A stretch of DNA of 64,000 nucleotides, taken from positions 77,988-141,987 of the forward strand of contig DASWCZ010000069.1 of NCBI GenBank assembly GCA_036395755.1, read 5' to 3'. How positions within the stretch are numbered: position 1 is the stretch's first letter; each line of letters begins with the position of its first letter. The notes beneath the pieces were generated by a model. It was not told the origin of the DNA. It saw only the letters and a program-made list of their open reading frames with translations, and searched no databases. The position numbers and the translations under genes are program-made. This document shows, one piece after another, positions 27,621-37,600 of this stretch. This DNA is from Thermoanaerobaculia bacterium (GTDB lineage Bacteria; Acidobacteriota; Thermoanaerobaculia; UBA5066; Gp7-AA6).

Positions 27621-28058
27621 GTGAAAAGGTGGCGAATGCTGGCGATCGGCGTGATCGCGCTCGCTCTCGGAGCCGGTTGCGCGAGCCGCCCGCGGCCGAC
27701 GGCGGAAGCCATTCGCCGCGTGACGAATCCGCCGGCGATCGTCGAAGGCCGCGTCGTCGATCGAGAGGGTCGTCCCGTCGCCGGTTTGACCGTGTGGGGT
27801 CTGCCGCGAGAAAAGGACGTCGGCTGGTCGGCGCCGTCGGTGACGGACGAGGGGGGACGGTTTCGGCTCGTGCTCGTCGCGCCGGGGGAGTACGGCTTCC
27901 TGATCTCCTGGAAAGGAATCACGGTCGTCACGCCGCGAAAGGACGATCCCTCCCGGGTTGTCGTCGCACTCGGCGCCCGCGAGAAGCGCGCGGGCGTCGA
28001 GCTCGTGTTCCATCGCGAAGAGTGGGATCACGCATTGATCTCGCCCCGCGCGCCGTAG
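27621..28058 (+). CDS. Lipoprotein with carboxypeptidase-regulatory-like domain
   Basis: Lipobox GAGC; VEGRVVDREGRPVAG...TDEGGRF...PGEY. Confidence 0.7.
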   Translation: MKRWRMLAIGVIALALGAGCASRPRPTAEAIRRVTNPPAIVEGRVVDREGRPVAGLTVWGLPREKDVGWSAPSVTDEGGRFRLVLVAPGEYGFLISWKGITVVTPRKDDPSRVVVALGAREKRAGVELVFHREEWDHALISPRAP

Positions 28059-28067
28059 AATCCGGGC

Positions 28068-28463
28068 ATGGCGAGCGAACCCGGGAGGGCGACTCCCCCG
28101 CCCCGCCGCGTCCGGTGCGCGATCAACGGCGAGGAGATCGACGTCTGGGACGGATACCGACTGTGGGACGCCGCCCTCGACGCCAACGCGAGTCTCTGGA
28201 AGTGGTGCGGCGGCAACGGTCTGTGCACGACCTGCGCGGTGCTGCCGCTCGCTGGGGGCGAAAACCTCTCCGAGCCGACGCGCCGCGAAAGGATTTCGGT
28301 CGCGACGTGGTGGCTCGGCAAGCCTCTCGCCTTCATCCGGAAGCGCTGGAAGGGAAAGCCGATCCGGCTCGCCTGCCAGGCCTACGTCCGAGGTCCCGTG
28401 GAGGTGGTCGGACTTTTCGGGAAGAAGGCCCGCAAGGTTCGCGCGGCGCACGGCCTGCGGTAG
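28068..28463 (+). CDS. 2Fe-2S ferredoxin-like protein
   Basis: CGGNGLCTTC ... RLACQ. Confidence 0.85.
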   Translation: MASEPGRATPPPRRVRCAINGEEIDVWDGYRLWDAALDANASLWKWCGGNGLCTTCAVLPLAGGENLSEPTRRERISVATWWLGKPLAFIRKRWKGKPIRLACQAYVRGPVEVVGLFGKKARKVRAAHGLR

Positions 28464-28473
28464 CCGGACGATC

Positions 28474-29460
28474 TTGACCCGCGCTGTCCGGCGCTTCTTC
28501 TTCTTCGTCTCCGCGGGCGCCGCACTCTTCATCGCGGGGTCCTGGCTCGCGTCGCGACGCCTCGCGGCGCGGCTCGTCTCGGCAACCGGCCTCGGACCGA
28601 CCTCGGACCGGCGCGGAGAGCTGCTCGCCGCGCTTTCCGGCGCGGCCGACTTCGCGGAGGAGCTTCGACACGCGGGGAGTGTGCTCGATCCGGTCGAGCT
28701 CGTCGCGACGTTCGCTTCGCCCGGCCACCCGGAGCGCAGGCCCACGCTCCTCTTCCTCCATGGAAAAGGGGGCGCCGCTTCCGAGTGGGAAGACGATGCC
28801 CTCCGCGCGATCGCTCTCGGTTACAACGTGCTGCTTCCGGACCTGCGCGGACACGGCCGCTCCGGCGGGCGGTACATGACGTTCGGCTTCCTCGAGAAAG
28901 ACGATCTCGCAAACGCGATCGCCGCAGCGCGGGAGCGGTGGAACATCGACCCGCACCGACTGGGCATTCACTCCTGCTCGGCCGGATCCTCCATCGCGCT
29001 CGAGCTCGCCGCGAACCGGACGGGAGTCCGCGCGGTCTGGCTCGAGTCGCCGTTCGCCGATCCGCGCGAGATGGCGCGCCACTACCTGTCCGCCGCGACC
29101 GGCATCCCGGCGCTTTTCCTCTCGCTCGCGACGCGCTGGGCGGTGTCCCGAACGCTCTCGGGGGTCAAGCGGGACCTCGGGCTTGAGCGCGTCGCCGGCG
29201 GTCTCGAGCACGCCGACCCCGTCGCGGCGCTCGAGCGCGTGCGCTGTCCGGTCCTGCTCGTCTACGGGGAGGAGGATCGTCTCGTCCCGCCGCGTTTCGT
29301 CGAGCGCTTGATCGAGGCCCTCCCGCCGGGGAGCGCGGTCTTCCGCGCGACCGGGGCGGGACACTGCCACCATCCGAACGAGGCCGCGGTCGTGGTTCGC
29401 GAGGAGTACCTCCGCCGATGGACCGAGTTCTTCGCAAAGCACCTACCGGTTCCGGGTTGA
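28474..29460 (+). CDS. Alpha/beta hydrolase with N-terminal membrane anchor
   Basis: LFLHG, DLRGHGRSGG, SCSAG nucleophile elbow, GEEDRLV, GAGH. Confidence 0.82.
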   Translation: MTRAVRRFFFFVSAGAALFIAGSWLASRRLAARLVSATGLGPTSDRRGELLAALSGAADFAEELRHAGSVLDPVELVATFASPGHPERRPTLLFLHGKGGAASEWEDDALRAIALGYNVLLPDLRGHGRSGGRYMTFGFLEKDDLANAIAAARERWNIDPHRLGIHSCSAGSSIALELAANRTGVRAVWLESPFADPREMARHYLSAATGIPALFLSLATRWAVSRTLSGVKRDLGLERVAGGLEHADPVAALERVRCPVLLVYGEEDRLVPPRFVERLIEALPPGSAVFRATGAGHCHHPNEAAVVVREEYLRRWTEFFAKHLPVPG

Positions 29461-30657
29461 ACCCCGCTTTTTAGCGGTGGCGGGTGCAGGTCCGCGGGAC
29501 CTGTCCCCGCGCCATCTCGGATCCTCGGTCCTCCCTTTCAACTGCCCGCATGCCGCGGAGGTGTCCGGCCCCCGGCTTCTCCGGACGGTCACGGGAATCC
29601 GGGCCGCGGCGAGAGCGGCGGCGAACCCGTCGATCACGGGCTCGGCTGGCCTTTTCCAGCCGGGCAGGTAGACCGGATCCTCGTTCAACGGAATGACGTT
29701 GACCTTCGCGTCGATTCCGGTAAGGAGTTTCGCCAGCCGCTTCGCGGCGTCCGGAGAATCGTTGCGTCCCGCGATCAGGACGTACTCGACGGTCAGCCGG
29801 CGGCGGGGCTCGAGCGGCCATTCCCGCATCGCGCGAAGGAGACCGTCCAAGGGATAGGTCCGGTCGATTGGCATCAGCGAGGCGCGCGTCTCGTCGTCCG
29901 AAGCATTCAGCGAAACCGCCAGGTTCGGGCGCCTCTCGAGGGAGGCGAATCGGGCGAACACCGGCGTGATGCCGGAGGTCGACACGGTCACGCGGCGCGG
30001 CGGGACGACCTCGAAGAGCACCTCGAGCGCTCCCGTCACGCCCTCCGGGTTCAAGAAGGGTTCTCCCATCCCCATGAAGACGACGCGCAGGCCCTCGGCG
30101 CTCCGGTTCACGTCGTCCGTGACCGCATAGAGCTCTCCCACGATCTCTCCGGCGGTCAGGTTGCGCCCGCCGCCCAGACGCCCCGTGACGCAGAACGCGC
30201 AGTCGACCGCGCATCCGGTCTGCGACGAGAGGCACACCGTGAACCTGCCGGCGCTCCCGAGAGCACCGGCACTCGAGGGTCGGGGTGAGGGGGCAGACTT
30301 CGCCGTCGCTCGGGCGTCCTCGAACTCGTTGACCTGGGCGCCGCCGGGGTCCCCCGGCATGTAAACCGCTTCGATGAGCGCCCCGTCGTCCAACCGGAGG
30401 CCGTATTTGACGCTCCCGTCACGGGATGCCTCGCGCCGGACGATCGAGGGCAGTGCGATCGGCATCTCCGACCCGAGCCGCTCACGCAGCTCCCGCGGCA
30501 CTTCGTGGATTTCCGCGGCCGAGCGCGCCCCGCGACGGTGAATCGCATCGAAGATCTGCCTCCCGCGATACGCCGGAAGCTGCCAGCTGCGCGCGAGGGA
30601 CTCCCACTCCGAGCGCGAGAGGCCGAGCGGGTGCGGAGAAAGGTTGGGTGCCGTCAC
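29443..30657 (-). CDS. rlmN: Dual-specificity RNA methyltransferase RlmN
   Basis: CLSSQTGCAVDCAFC, VFMGMGEP, EYVLI, AACGQL. Confidence 0.93.
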   Translation of the reverse strand: MTAPNLSPHPLGLSRSEWESLARSWQLPAYRGRQIFDAIHRRGARSAAEIHEVPRELRERLGSEMPIALPSIVRREASRDGSVKYGLRLDDGALIEAVYMPGDPGGAQVNEFEDARATAKSAPSPRPSSAGALGSAGRFTVCLSSQTGCAVDCAFCVTGRLGGGRNLTAGEIVGELYAVTDDVNRSAEGLRVVFMGMGEPFLNPEGVTGALEVLFEVVPPRRVTVSTSGITPVFARFASLERRPNLAVSLNASDDETRASLMPIDRTYPLDGLLRAMREWPLEPRRRLTVEYVLIAGRNDSPDAAKRLAKLLTGIDAKVNVIPLNEDPVYLPGWKRPAEPVIDGFAAALAAARIPVTVRRSRGPDTSAACGQLKGRTEDPRWRGDRSRGPAPATAKKRGSTRNR

Positions 30658-30712
30658 GTGTGTTGCGGCGCGGCCGGGAGCGCCGCGCGCCGATCCTACA
30701 GCGCGAGAAGCG

Positions 30713-31093
30713 TCAGTCGCCCTTCAAAGCCCGGGATCGCCGGGCGATCCGGGAGACGCGGACCATCGGCGTCCGCCGGTTTCGCACCTTTCGGGTGGGA
30801 TCGATCCCGAGGGATCGGAGAAACCGCAGGTCCTTGACGTTGATCCGGAACGCGGCGCGCTCCTCGGAGGGCCGCTCTTTCTCTCCCCGCGCGCCGGAAG
30901 ACCGCGACCGGGAGCCGCCCCGGCCCTCGCGGCGGTTCACGCCCACCTTCGCGTCGAGGACCATGTAGAGGTTGTAGCCCTCGTCGCGAATCCGCTGGAT
31001 CGACTCGTGCACGCGACCGGACCCGGAAATGGATTCGTTGATCGCCTGTCCGAGCTCCTTCAGCATCTCGCGAAGGTGATCGTTCAGTTCCAT
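30713..31093 (-). CDS. Hypothetical protein (126 aa, basic C-terminus)
   Basis: Clean ORF MELNDHLREMLKELGQAINESIS...KDLRFLRSLGI with TTGACG-N18-CATAAT promoter upstream. Confidence 0.7.
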   Translation of the reverse strand: MELNDHLREMLKELGQAINESISGSGRVHESIQRIRDEGYNLYMVLDAKVGVNRREGRGGSRSRSSGARGEKERPSEERAAFRINVKDLRFLRSLGIDPTRKVRNRRTPMVRVSRIARRSRALKGD

Positions 31094-31218
31094 GGTCGCG
31101 GCGATTATGAATGCCTGCTCGCGCGAGCGTCAAGCATGTTTCGATCTCTCGATTGGTGCTATTCTGATGCGCCGCTTCGCGCGTGGCGGGCATGCCGCGC
31201 GTTCGCCGATTCACTCCC

Positions 31219-32325
31219 TCAGGTCTCCTCGATGCGGCGGCACCAGTGCGCGGGAAGCGGGTGCGCGCACGATTCGGGCGGACGCCACGCGGCGCGCGCG
31301 AAGATCGCGGCAGCTTCGCTCCCAAAGCTCGGACGGAAGCAGCGTCGCAGCCGCTCGCGGAAATCTCCGCGGCCACATCGGGCGAGCGCGCGGGCGACGC
31401 CCCCGTCGCTCATCCGCTCGTAGCGGAATCGGGCCGCCAGTGATGCGCGCGTGAGCGGCAGCGCGAGCTCCTCCCGGAGGGCGTCGAATGATCTTCCGCG
31501 CGCGATGCTCTCCGCGGCGAGCAGCCCGTCCGTGAGCGCCCCCCGGAGTCCCAGGCCGAAAAGAACGTCGCGCGAGCCGGCGGCTTCTCCGATGAAGCGG
31601 CAGCCGCCGGCCTGCGAAGAACCGGGGACGACGCAGCTCACGCGGCCGGTCGCCGTCCGGTCCCCCGCAATCGAGAAGTCGGAGATTCTTCGAAAGCGAT
31701 TGAGGACGTCGTCGAAGTGTCGGTCCAGACGTCGCCGGTCGCGCGCGACGAGGCAGCCGAGAGTGCCGGCGCCGTCCGCAACGAAGAGCCACGCGAAGCC
31801 GCCGGGAGTACGGACCGGGTCGAACATCAGTTGAACGCGATCCTCCGCGCCGGTCGCGAAGACCATTCGTTTCGCGAGGAGATCGGGCGCGGGCGGGCCG
31901 GTCGCCAGCACGTCGACGTCGGAGACATCCCTGCGCTCGCCGAAGCGGATCTCGACGCCGAGCTCGCGGGCGCGTGCCAGCAGCATGGTGTCGAGAGAGC
32001 CGTCAACGGCCCCCCGCCGGACGAGGTACGCGAACGGGCGCCGGCTCGCGACACGCGTCCGGCGCAGCTCTCCGTCGAAGAGCTCGGCCGCCTCGACTGC
32101 AACCGCCCAGACTTCTTCGAGGCCGAGCACCTCGAAAACCTGGCGGGCGTCGTTCTCCTCGCTCCAGTTCTCCAGGAGCTCGATCGAGCCGGCGCAGGCG
32201 GTCGCCGTGCCGTCCCCCGCTTCGAACACCACGGTCGGACGGCCGACCTGCGCGAGCGCGATCGCGCAGGACAGCCCCGCTGGCCCGGCGCCCGCGATCC
32301 GGACCATTTCGTTTCCGCGGATCAT
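31219..32325 (-). CDS. FAD-dependent oxidoreductase (geranylgeranyl-reductase-like)
   Basis: IAGAGPAG, PGGFAWLF, IGEAAG..D...GLG; C-terminal C.H....HWC; start 32325 or 32307. Confidence 0.75.
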   Translation of the reverse strand: MIRGNEMVRIAGAGPAGLSCAIALAQVGRPTVVFEAGDGTATACAGSIELLENWSEENDARQVFEVLGLEEVWAVAVEAAELFDGELRRTRVASRRPFAYLVRRGAVDGSLDTMLLARARELGVEIRFGERRDVSDVDVLATGPPAPDLLAKRMVFATGAEDRVQLMFDPVRTPGGFAWLFVADGAGTLGCLVARDRRRLDRHFDDVLNRFRRISDFSIAGDRTATGRVSCVVPGSSQAGGCRFIGEAAGSRDVLFGLGLRGALTDGLLAAESIARGRSFDALREELALPLTRASLAARFRYERMSDGGVARALARCGRGDFRERLRRCFRPSFGSEAAAIFARAAWRPPESCAHPLPAHWCRRIEET

Positions 32326-32366
32326 CGATTCGATTGTAGCGAGCCGTTGCCGGATACTGCGTTTCG

Positions 32367-33539
32367 ATGTTTTCCTTTTTCGCGCACCTCGCCTGCACGA
32401 AATGCGGGCGGCTCTACGAGCGCGACAGCCGTTTCGGGGTATGCCCGGCCGAGGGTTGCGGAGGACCCCTTTTCGCGCGATACCACGACCGGGCGCTCGA
32501 CCGCGACGCGGCGCCCGATCGGCCGCGGTCGATCTGGCGGTGGCGCGAGATGATGCCCGTCGAGGAGCCGGACCACATCGTCTCGCTCGGCGAAGGGGGG
32601 ACGCCGCTCTCGCCTGCGCGCCGGCTCGGCGCCCGCGAAGGGTTCTCCGACCTGTGGATCCAGGACGAGTCGGGGAATCCCACCGGCTCGTTCAAGGCGC
32701 GCGGCCTCTCCGCGGCCGTCTCGAAGGCGAAGGAGCTCGGCTTCGCGCGCATCGCTCTTCCCTCCGCCGGCAACGCGGGCGGCGCGGCGGCGGCCTACGC
32801 GGCGCGCGCCGGGATGAAATGCGACGTGTTCCTGCCCGACGACACGCCGGAGCTCTTCCGAATCGAGTGCGAACGATACGGCGCGCGGGTGACGCTCGTT
32901 CCCGGACTGATCGACGCTTGCGGAAAGCTCGTCGCGGAGGGGGCCGCGCAGGGGAAGTGGCACGACGTCTCCACTTTGAAGGAGCCGTACCGCGTCGAGG
33001 GAAAGAAAACGATGGGATACGAGCTCGCGGAGGACTTCGGCTGGGAGCTGCCCGACGCCGTGATCTATCCGACGGGAGGAGGCACGGGTCTGATCGGAAT
33101 GTGGAAGGCGTTCTCCGAGATGGAGCGGCTCGGGTGGATCGGGCCGAAGCGGCCGCGCATGATCGCGGTGCAGGCGGCCGGCTGCGCTCCCATCCCGAAG
33201 GCGTATGCCGAGGGGTGTGCGACTGCGGAGAAATGGGAGAACGCCACGACCTACGCGTCGGGGCTGCGTGTTCCGAAGCCGTTCGCCGACTTCCTCATCC
33301 TCGCGATCCTTCGGGAGTCCGGGGGCGAGGCCATCGCCGTGACGGACGACGAGATGCGCGCTGCCGAGTCGGAGATGGGAGAAACGGAAGGACTGTTCGT
33401 CTGTCCGGAGGGCGCGGCGACGTGGGCCGCGGCGAAGAACCTGGCCACCGGCGGAAAGCTGGACCGCCGGTCCCGAATCGTGCTCTTCAATACCGGAACG
33501 GGGTTCAAGTACCTGGTACCTGGGGTCAACGCTGAATGA
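32367..33539 (+). CDS. thrC: Threonine synthase
   Basis: N-terminal CxxC..C..C, LGEGGTP, NPTGSFKARG (PLP Lys), SAGNAG, EGKKTM, NTGTGFKY. Confidence 0.85.
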   Translation: MFSFFAHLACTKCGRLYERDSRFGVCPAEGCGGPLFARYHDRALDRDAAPDRPRSIWRWREMMPVEEPDHIVSLGEGGTPLSPARRLGAREGFSDLWIQDESGNPTGSFKARGLSAAVSKAKELGFARIALPSAGNAGGAAAAYAARAGMKCDVFLPDDTPELFRIECERYGARVTLVPGLIDACGKLVAEGAAQGKWHDVSTLKEPYRVEGKKTMGYELAEDFGWELPDAVIYPTGGGTGLIGMWKAFSEMERLGWIGPKRPRMIAVQAAGCAPIPKAYAEGCATAEKWENATTYASGLRVPKPFADFLILAILRESGGEAIAVTDDEMRAAESEMGETEGLFVCPEGAATWAAAKNLATGGKLDRRSRIVLFNTGTGFKYLVPGVNAE

Positions 33540-33584
33540 CTGAATTCAGCGCTGACCTGAATTCAGCGATTCAGCGTTGACCCC
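33522..33584. repeat. REPIN-like element of family A
   Basis: Perfect 16-bp IR GGGGTCAACGCTGAAT / ATTCAGCGTTGACCCC with internal GAATTC units; contains thrC stop. Confidence 0.85.
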
Positions 33585-33602
33585 GTTAGAATCGGTGATT
33601 CC

Positions 33603-36200
33603 ATGCGCTACTCCTCCGTCCGGCCGCGTCTCGATCCCATCCTCCCGACGGTCGAGAAACCGGGCCGCTACGTCGGCCTGGAGCGCAACGTGGTCCGCAA
33701 GGACCTCGGAGCGTCCGCGGTGACGGTCGCTCTGGCTTTTCCGGATACGTACGAAATCGGGATGAGTCATACCGGGTTGAAGATCCTCTACGAGATCGTC
33801 AACCGCCGCCCCGAGTTCGCGTGCGAGCGGACCTACGCCCCGTGGGTCGACCTCGAAAGCCGGATGCGCGACCGGGAGATCCCTCTTTTCACGGTCGAGT
33901 CCTTTGCGCCGGTGGCGGACTTCGACGTCGTCGGGTTCTCTCTCCAGTCGGAGCTGAACTACTCGAACATCCCGAACATGCTCGACCTCGCCGGAATCCC
34001 GCTGTGGCAGCGCGACCGCGGCGACGCGGACTCGATCGTTCTCGGCGGAGGCCCCTGCACGGCGAACCCGGAGCCGCTCGCCGACTTCTTCGACGCCTTC
34101 TTGGTCGGCGACGCGGAGGAGGCGCTCCCGCGTTTTCTCGACGCGTTGTCCGACGCGCGCGGGTCCGGCGTTGCCCGGCGGGATCTCCTCGCGCGGCTCG
34201 CCTCCCTCGACGGCATCTACGTCCCCTCTCTCTACGACGTCACGTACGACGAGGCCGGTCGCGTCCTCGCGATCACCCGGAACGACTCCCGCGCGCCGGA
34301 GCGCGCGCGGCGCACGTGGGTTCCGGTCCTGAAACCCGAGTACTACCCGGATCGACCGATGGTTCCTTCGGTCGAGATCGTCCAGGACCGCCTCGGTCTG
34401 GAGGTGATGCGCGGCTGCACGCAGGGCTGCCGCTTCTGCCAGGCCGGGTACTGGTATCGCCCCGTGCGGGAGCTCGACTTGGACGACGTCGTATCGATGA
34501 CGAAGACGTTCATCGCGGAGTCGGGGTGGAGCGAGGTGGGACTCCTTTCGCTCTCGACCGCGGATTACTCACAGATCGAGCCGCTCGTTCGCTGTCTCGC
34601 CCCGCAGCTCTCCGACCGGCGCGTGTCGATCTCGCTTCCGTCACTTCGCGCCGAGGCGTTTTCCGTCGGCCTCGCCGACGCCGTCTCCGAAGTGAGAAAG
34701 TCCGGCTTCACGTTCGCGCCGGAGACCGGTTCGGACCGGCTGCGCCGAGTCATCAACAAGACCTTCACGAACGCGGACATGATCCAGGCCGCCGACGTCG
34801 CCTTCGCGCGCGGATGGGACCTGATCAAGGTCTACACGATGATCGGTCTCCCGACCGAGACGAAAGAGGATTTAGAGGAGCTGGTCACGCTCGTGGAAGG
34901 AATTCTCGCGCAGGGACGCAAACACGGACGCAAGGAAGTCAACGTCTCGGTCGGGCCGTTCGTGCCCAAGTCCTGGACGCCTTTCCAGTGGGCGCCGTTC
35001 GACGGCGTCGAGCTGCTCGAAAAGAAGCTCGGCTATCTCAAGGAACGTTTCCGCCGCGTCCGCGGCGCGAAGATGAAGTGGCACGAGCCGCGCGAGGCCG
35101 AGATCGAGTGCGTTCTCTCGCGCGGAGACCGCCGCGTGGCGCGGATCCTCCATAGGGCCTGGGCATCCGGCGTGAAGTTCGACGGCTGGAGCGAGCACTT
35201 CCGCTACGACCTGTGGAACCGGGCGTTCGAGACGGAGGGGATTCCGAAGTCCGCCTGGCTACGCGCGTACGACGTCGACGAGGTCCTGCCCTGGGACGTG
35301 CTCGATGCCTCCATCACGAAGCGATTTCTCAAAGTCGAGCTCGTGAAGGCGAAGAAGGAGATGCGCACCGAGGACTGCAAGTGGGGGCACTGCTACGCCT
35401 GCGGCGTGCCGGGCAACGGCGAGGACACGGTGCTCGCGACCTCGATGCAGGGGACCCTCCCGACGCTCGACGCGTCGGTGTCTTCCGCCGACGATCCCGC
35501 GGCCTACCGGGAGGTCGCGAAGGGCGCCGCTTACCGCCAGAAGGCAATGCCGGACCTGCCGTCGGCCGTGCGGCGTTCCGCGACCCCGGTCCACGAGGTC
35601 TTCCGCCACCGGATCACGTTCGAGAAGTCGGGCGACGCGCGGTTCCTGTCGCACCGCAACACCATGGACGTTCTCGAGCGCGCCATCCGCGCAGCCGGGC
35701 TTCCCGCGCGTTACTCGGAAGGCTTCAATCCGCACATGAAGCTCTCGATGGGGCCGGCGCTCGCGCTCGGCCTCGAGAGCCGCCACGAAGTTTTCGACGT
35801 CGAGGGCATCGCGCCCTTTGGAGCCGGCGCGGCCCGCGCGATCTCGGAAAAGCTGCCGCCGGGCCTGTCGGTCTCCCAGGTCCGGGAGCTCGGCTCGACC
35901 GAGCCGTCCCTCTCGCGAGCCGTCAAGTCCGCACGCTACGTCGTGCGCCTCGACTCGGCCGATCACGTCGGCCGCGCGACCGAAGCGATCGCCAACGGCT
36001 GGCGCGAAGAGATGCCGGCTCTTCGCGCGATCTCGCTCGAGGAGGACGCGGAAGGCGGGCGGCTGACCTTCGAGGTGAACCTGGATCAATCGGCGGGCGA
36101 AACCTCGACGCCGAAGAAGGTGCTCGAAAAGCTGCTCTCGATTCCGCCCGAGGCCCAGGCGATCCTTTCGATCACGCGCGAAGCGACCGTACTGGGATAG
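33603..36200 (+). CDS. TIGR03960-type B12-binding radical SAM protein fused to TIGR03936/DUF2344-type domain
   Basis: EKPGRYVG, AFPDTYEIGMSH, RGCTQGCRFCQAG, C-terminal RFLSH...YSEGFNPH. Confidence 0.88.
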   Translation: MRYSSVRPRLDPILPTVEKPGRYVGLERNVVRKDLGASAVTVALAFPDTYEIGMSHTGLKILYEIVNRRPEFACERTYAPWVDLESRMRDREIPLFTVESFAPVADFDVVGFSLQSELNYSNIPNMLDLAGIPLWQRDRGDADSIVLGGGPCTANPEPLADFFDAFLVGDAEEALPRFLDALSDARGSGVARRDLLARLASLDGIYVPSLYDVTYDEAGRVLAITRNDSRAPERARRTWVPVLKPEYYPDRPMVPSVEIVQDRLGLEVMRGCTQGCRFCQAGYWYRPVRELDLDDVVSMTKTFIAESGWSEVGLLSLSTADYSQIEPLVRCLAPQLSDRRVSISLPSLRAEAFSVGLADAVSEVRKSGFTFAPETGSDRLRRVINKTFTNADMIQAADVAFARGWDLIKVYTMIGLPTETKEDLEELVTLVEGILAQGRKHGRKEVNVSVGPFVPKSWTPFQWAPFDGVELLEKKLGYLKERFRRVRGAKMKWHEPREAEIECVLSRGDRRVARILHRAWASGVKFDGWSEHFRYDLWNRAFETEGIPKSAWLRAYDVDEVLPWDVLDASITKRFLKVELVKAKKEMRTEDCKWGHCYACGVPGNGEDTVLATSMQGTLPTLDASVSSADDPAAYREVAKGAAYRQKAMPDLPSAVRRSATPVHEVFRHRITFEKSGDARFLSHRNTMDVLERAIRAAGLPARYSEGFNPHMKLSMGPALALGLESRHEVFDVEGIAPFGAGAARAISEKLPPGLSVSQVRELGSTEPSLSRAVKSARYVVRLDSADHVGRATEAIANGWREEMPALRAISLEEDAEGGRLTFEVNLDQSAGETSTPKKVLEKLLSIPPEAQAILSITREATVLG

Positions 36201-36208
36201 TCCATCCC

Positions 36209-36589
36209 ATGCCGTACCGCGTTACCGTCACCGCGCGGTTCGAGGCGGCGCACAACCTGATCGACTACGCGGGAGGACCGGAACCCCTTCACGGCCACTC
36301 GTATCGTGTGGAAGCCGTCCTCGAGAACGAGAAGCTCCAGCAGTACGACCTGGCGATCGACTTTCTGACCGCCAAGAACGCTCTCGAGGCGATCGCGAAG
36401 GAGCTCGACTACAAGTACATCAACGAGCACCCCGCCTTCGCCGGGCGCAACACGTCCGCGGAGAACATCGCGCGCTGGTTCGCCGAGCGCCTCGACTCGT
36501 CCGGCGCGCTCGGGTGGACGCGGGTCGCGGAAGTCACGGTCCGGGAGGGTCCCGAGAACCGCGCGACGTATGTTCCGAAAGGAACCTGA
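36209..36589 (+). CDS. queD: 6-carboxytetrahydropterin synthase family (QueD-like)
   Basis: FEAAHNL, LHGHSY, LDYKYIN, NTSAENIA. Confidence 0.8.
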   Translation: MPYRVTVTARFEAAHNLIDYAGGPEPLHGHSYRVEAVLENEKLQQYDLAIDFLTAKNALEAIAKELDYKYINEHPAFAGRNTSAENIARWFAERLDSSGALGWTRVAEVTVREGPENRATYVPKGT

Positions 36590-36767
36590 TCCTCCAGGCG
36601 GCTTCGAGGCCGACGCCGAAACCGTTGCCGAAGTGTCGATGAAACGGGAGACACGGCGGAAACGGTGTTACGAAAAGTAACGAAAATCCCCGGAATCCCT
36701 CTGGTGAGAAGTGTCACCGAACGGACTAACTCACTTCTTCACAAAGATTAGTGGCTCTCCGGGACGG

Positions 36768-36783
36768 CGGCACAGCGTTCGCT
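36768..36783 (+). promoter_or_regulatory. Putative sigma54 promoter of pilin cluster
   Basis: C-GG-CACAGCGTTC-GC-T; upstream palindromes GTTAC-GAAAA-GTAAC (36667-36681) and GGTGA-N6-TCACC (36703-36718). Confidence 0.5.
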
Positions 36784-36808
36784 AAGATGTCCGTCGGCTC
36801 CCAGGAAG

Positions 36809-37600
36809 GTGCGGACTCAAATTTTCTATCTGGGCGGGGATGAATTGACTTCTTCGAAAGATGTACCGCGACACGTGTCGCCGGAGGTGATCGGAAATCG
36901 ATCGGGCGTCGCGGGCCGGCGCCAGCGGGGCATGACGCTCATCGAGGTCCTGATCGTCATCGCCATCCTCGCCGTGCTCGTGCTGCTCGCAGCCCCCTTC
37001 GCGGGAAAGATCATCCGCCGCGCGAACGACCTCGGCGCGTTCGCCACCATCCGACAGGTCCTGGCTTCCGCCCGTCTCCAGGCGGTCAAACGCCAGGCGA
37101 ACGTGGTCGTTCTCATCAGTCTCGACAACAAGCGGATTCACCTCTACACGTTTCAGGACCGGGCCAACGACGACACGAATCCGCTTCCCGCCGACGAGGC
37201 CGCGGCCGCCGGCAACTTCCAGCAGGACGGCGGGTTCGTGAAGTCGGGCGCCGACGAGCCGACGTTGGGCGACGTCACACTCAGCAACTACATCAAGCTC
37301 TGGAAGTTCGGAGGCAGTCCTGACGACCTGACGAACGCCGCCGCCTTCAACAAGTATCTCGGCAACGCAACCCTGTCCAGCCGCATCGCGTTCACTCCGG
37401 CCGGCGGCATCGTTCCGCCGGAGGACACCTCGACCTCCGCGCTCCCCACGACATCGGGAGGCCGGGGCATCTACTACGCGGACTTCGGCGCCAAGAACTT
37501 CTTCCGGGTCACGATCGACAGCGATTTCTCGGGCAAGCTGCGGATCGACAAGTACGTCGAAGGAACGGGGTACACGACGACCGGATGGATCTGGAGATGA
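36809..37600 (+). CDS. Type IV minor pilin, FimT/FimU-like
   Basis: Prepilin motif QRG|MTLIE then hydrophobic helix; ARLQAVKR; start uncertain. Confidence 0.8.
   Translation: MRTQIFYLGGDELTSSKDVPRHVSPEVIGNRSGVAGRRQRGMTLIEVLIVIAILAVLVLLAAPFAGKIIRRANDLGAFATIRQVLASARLQAVKRQANVVVLISLDNKRIHLYTFQDRANDDTNPLPADEAAAAGNFQQDGGFVKSGADEPTLGDVTLSNYIKLWKFGGSPDDLTNAAAFNKYLGNATLSSRIAFTPAGGIVPPEDTSTSALPTTSGGRGIYYADFGAKNFFRVTIDSDFSGKLRIDKYVEGTGYTTTGWIWR

Noticed and set aside
33578-33592. REP-supplied -35 (TTGACC) for the TAGAAT that follows repeats at 33587 and 59535
   Set aside because: Spacing is only 3-4 nt, incompatible with a sigma70 promoter.
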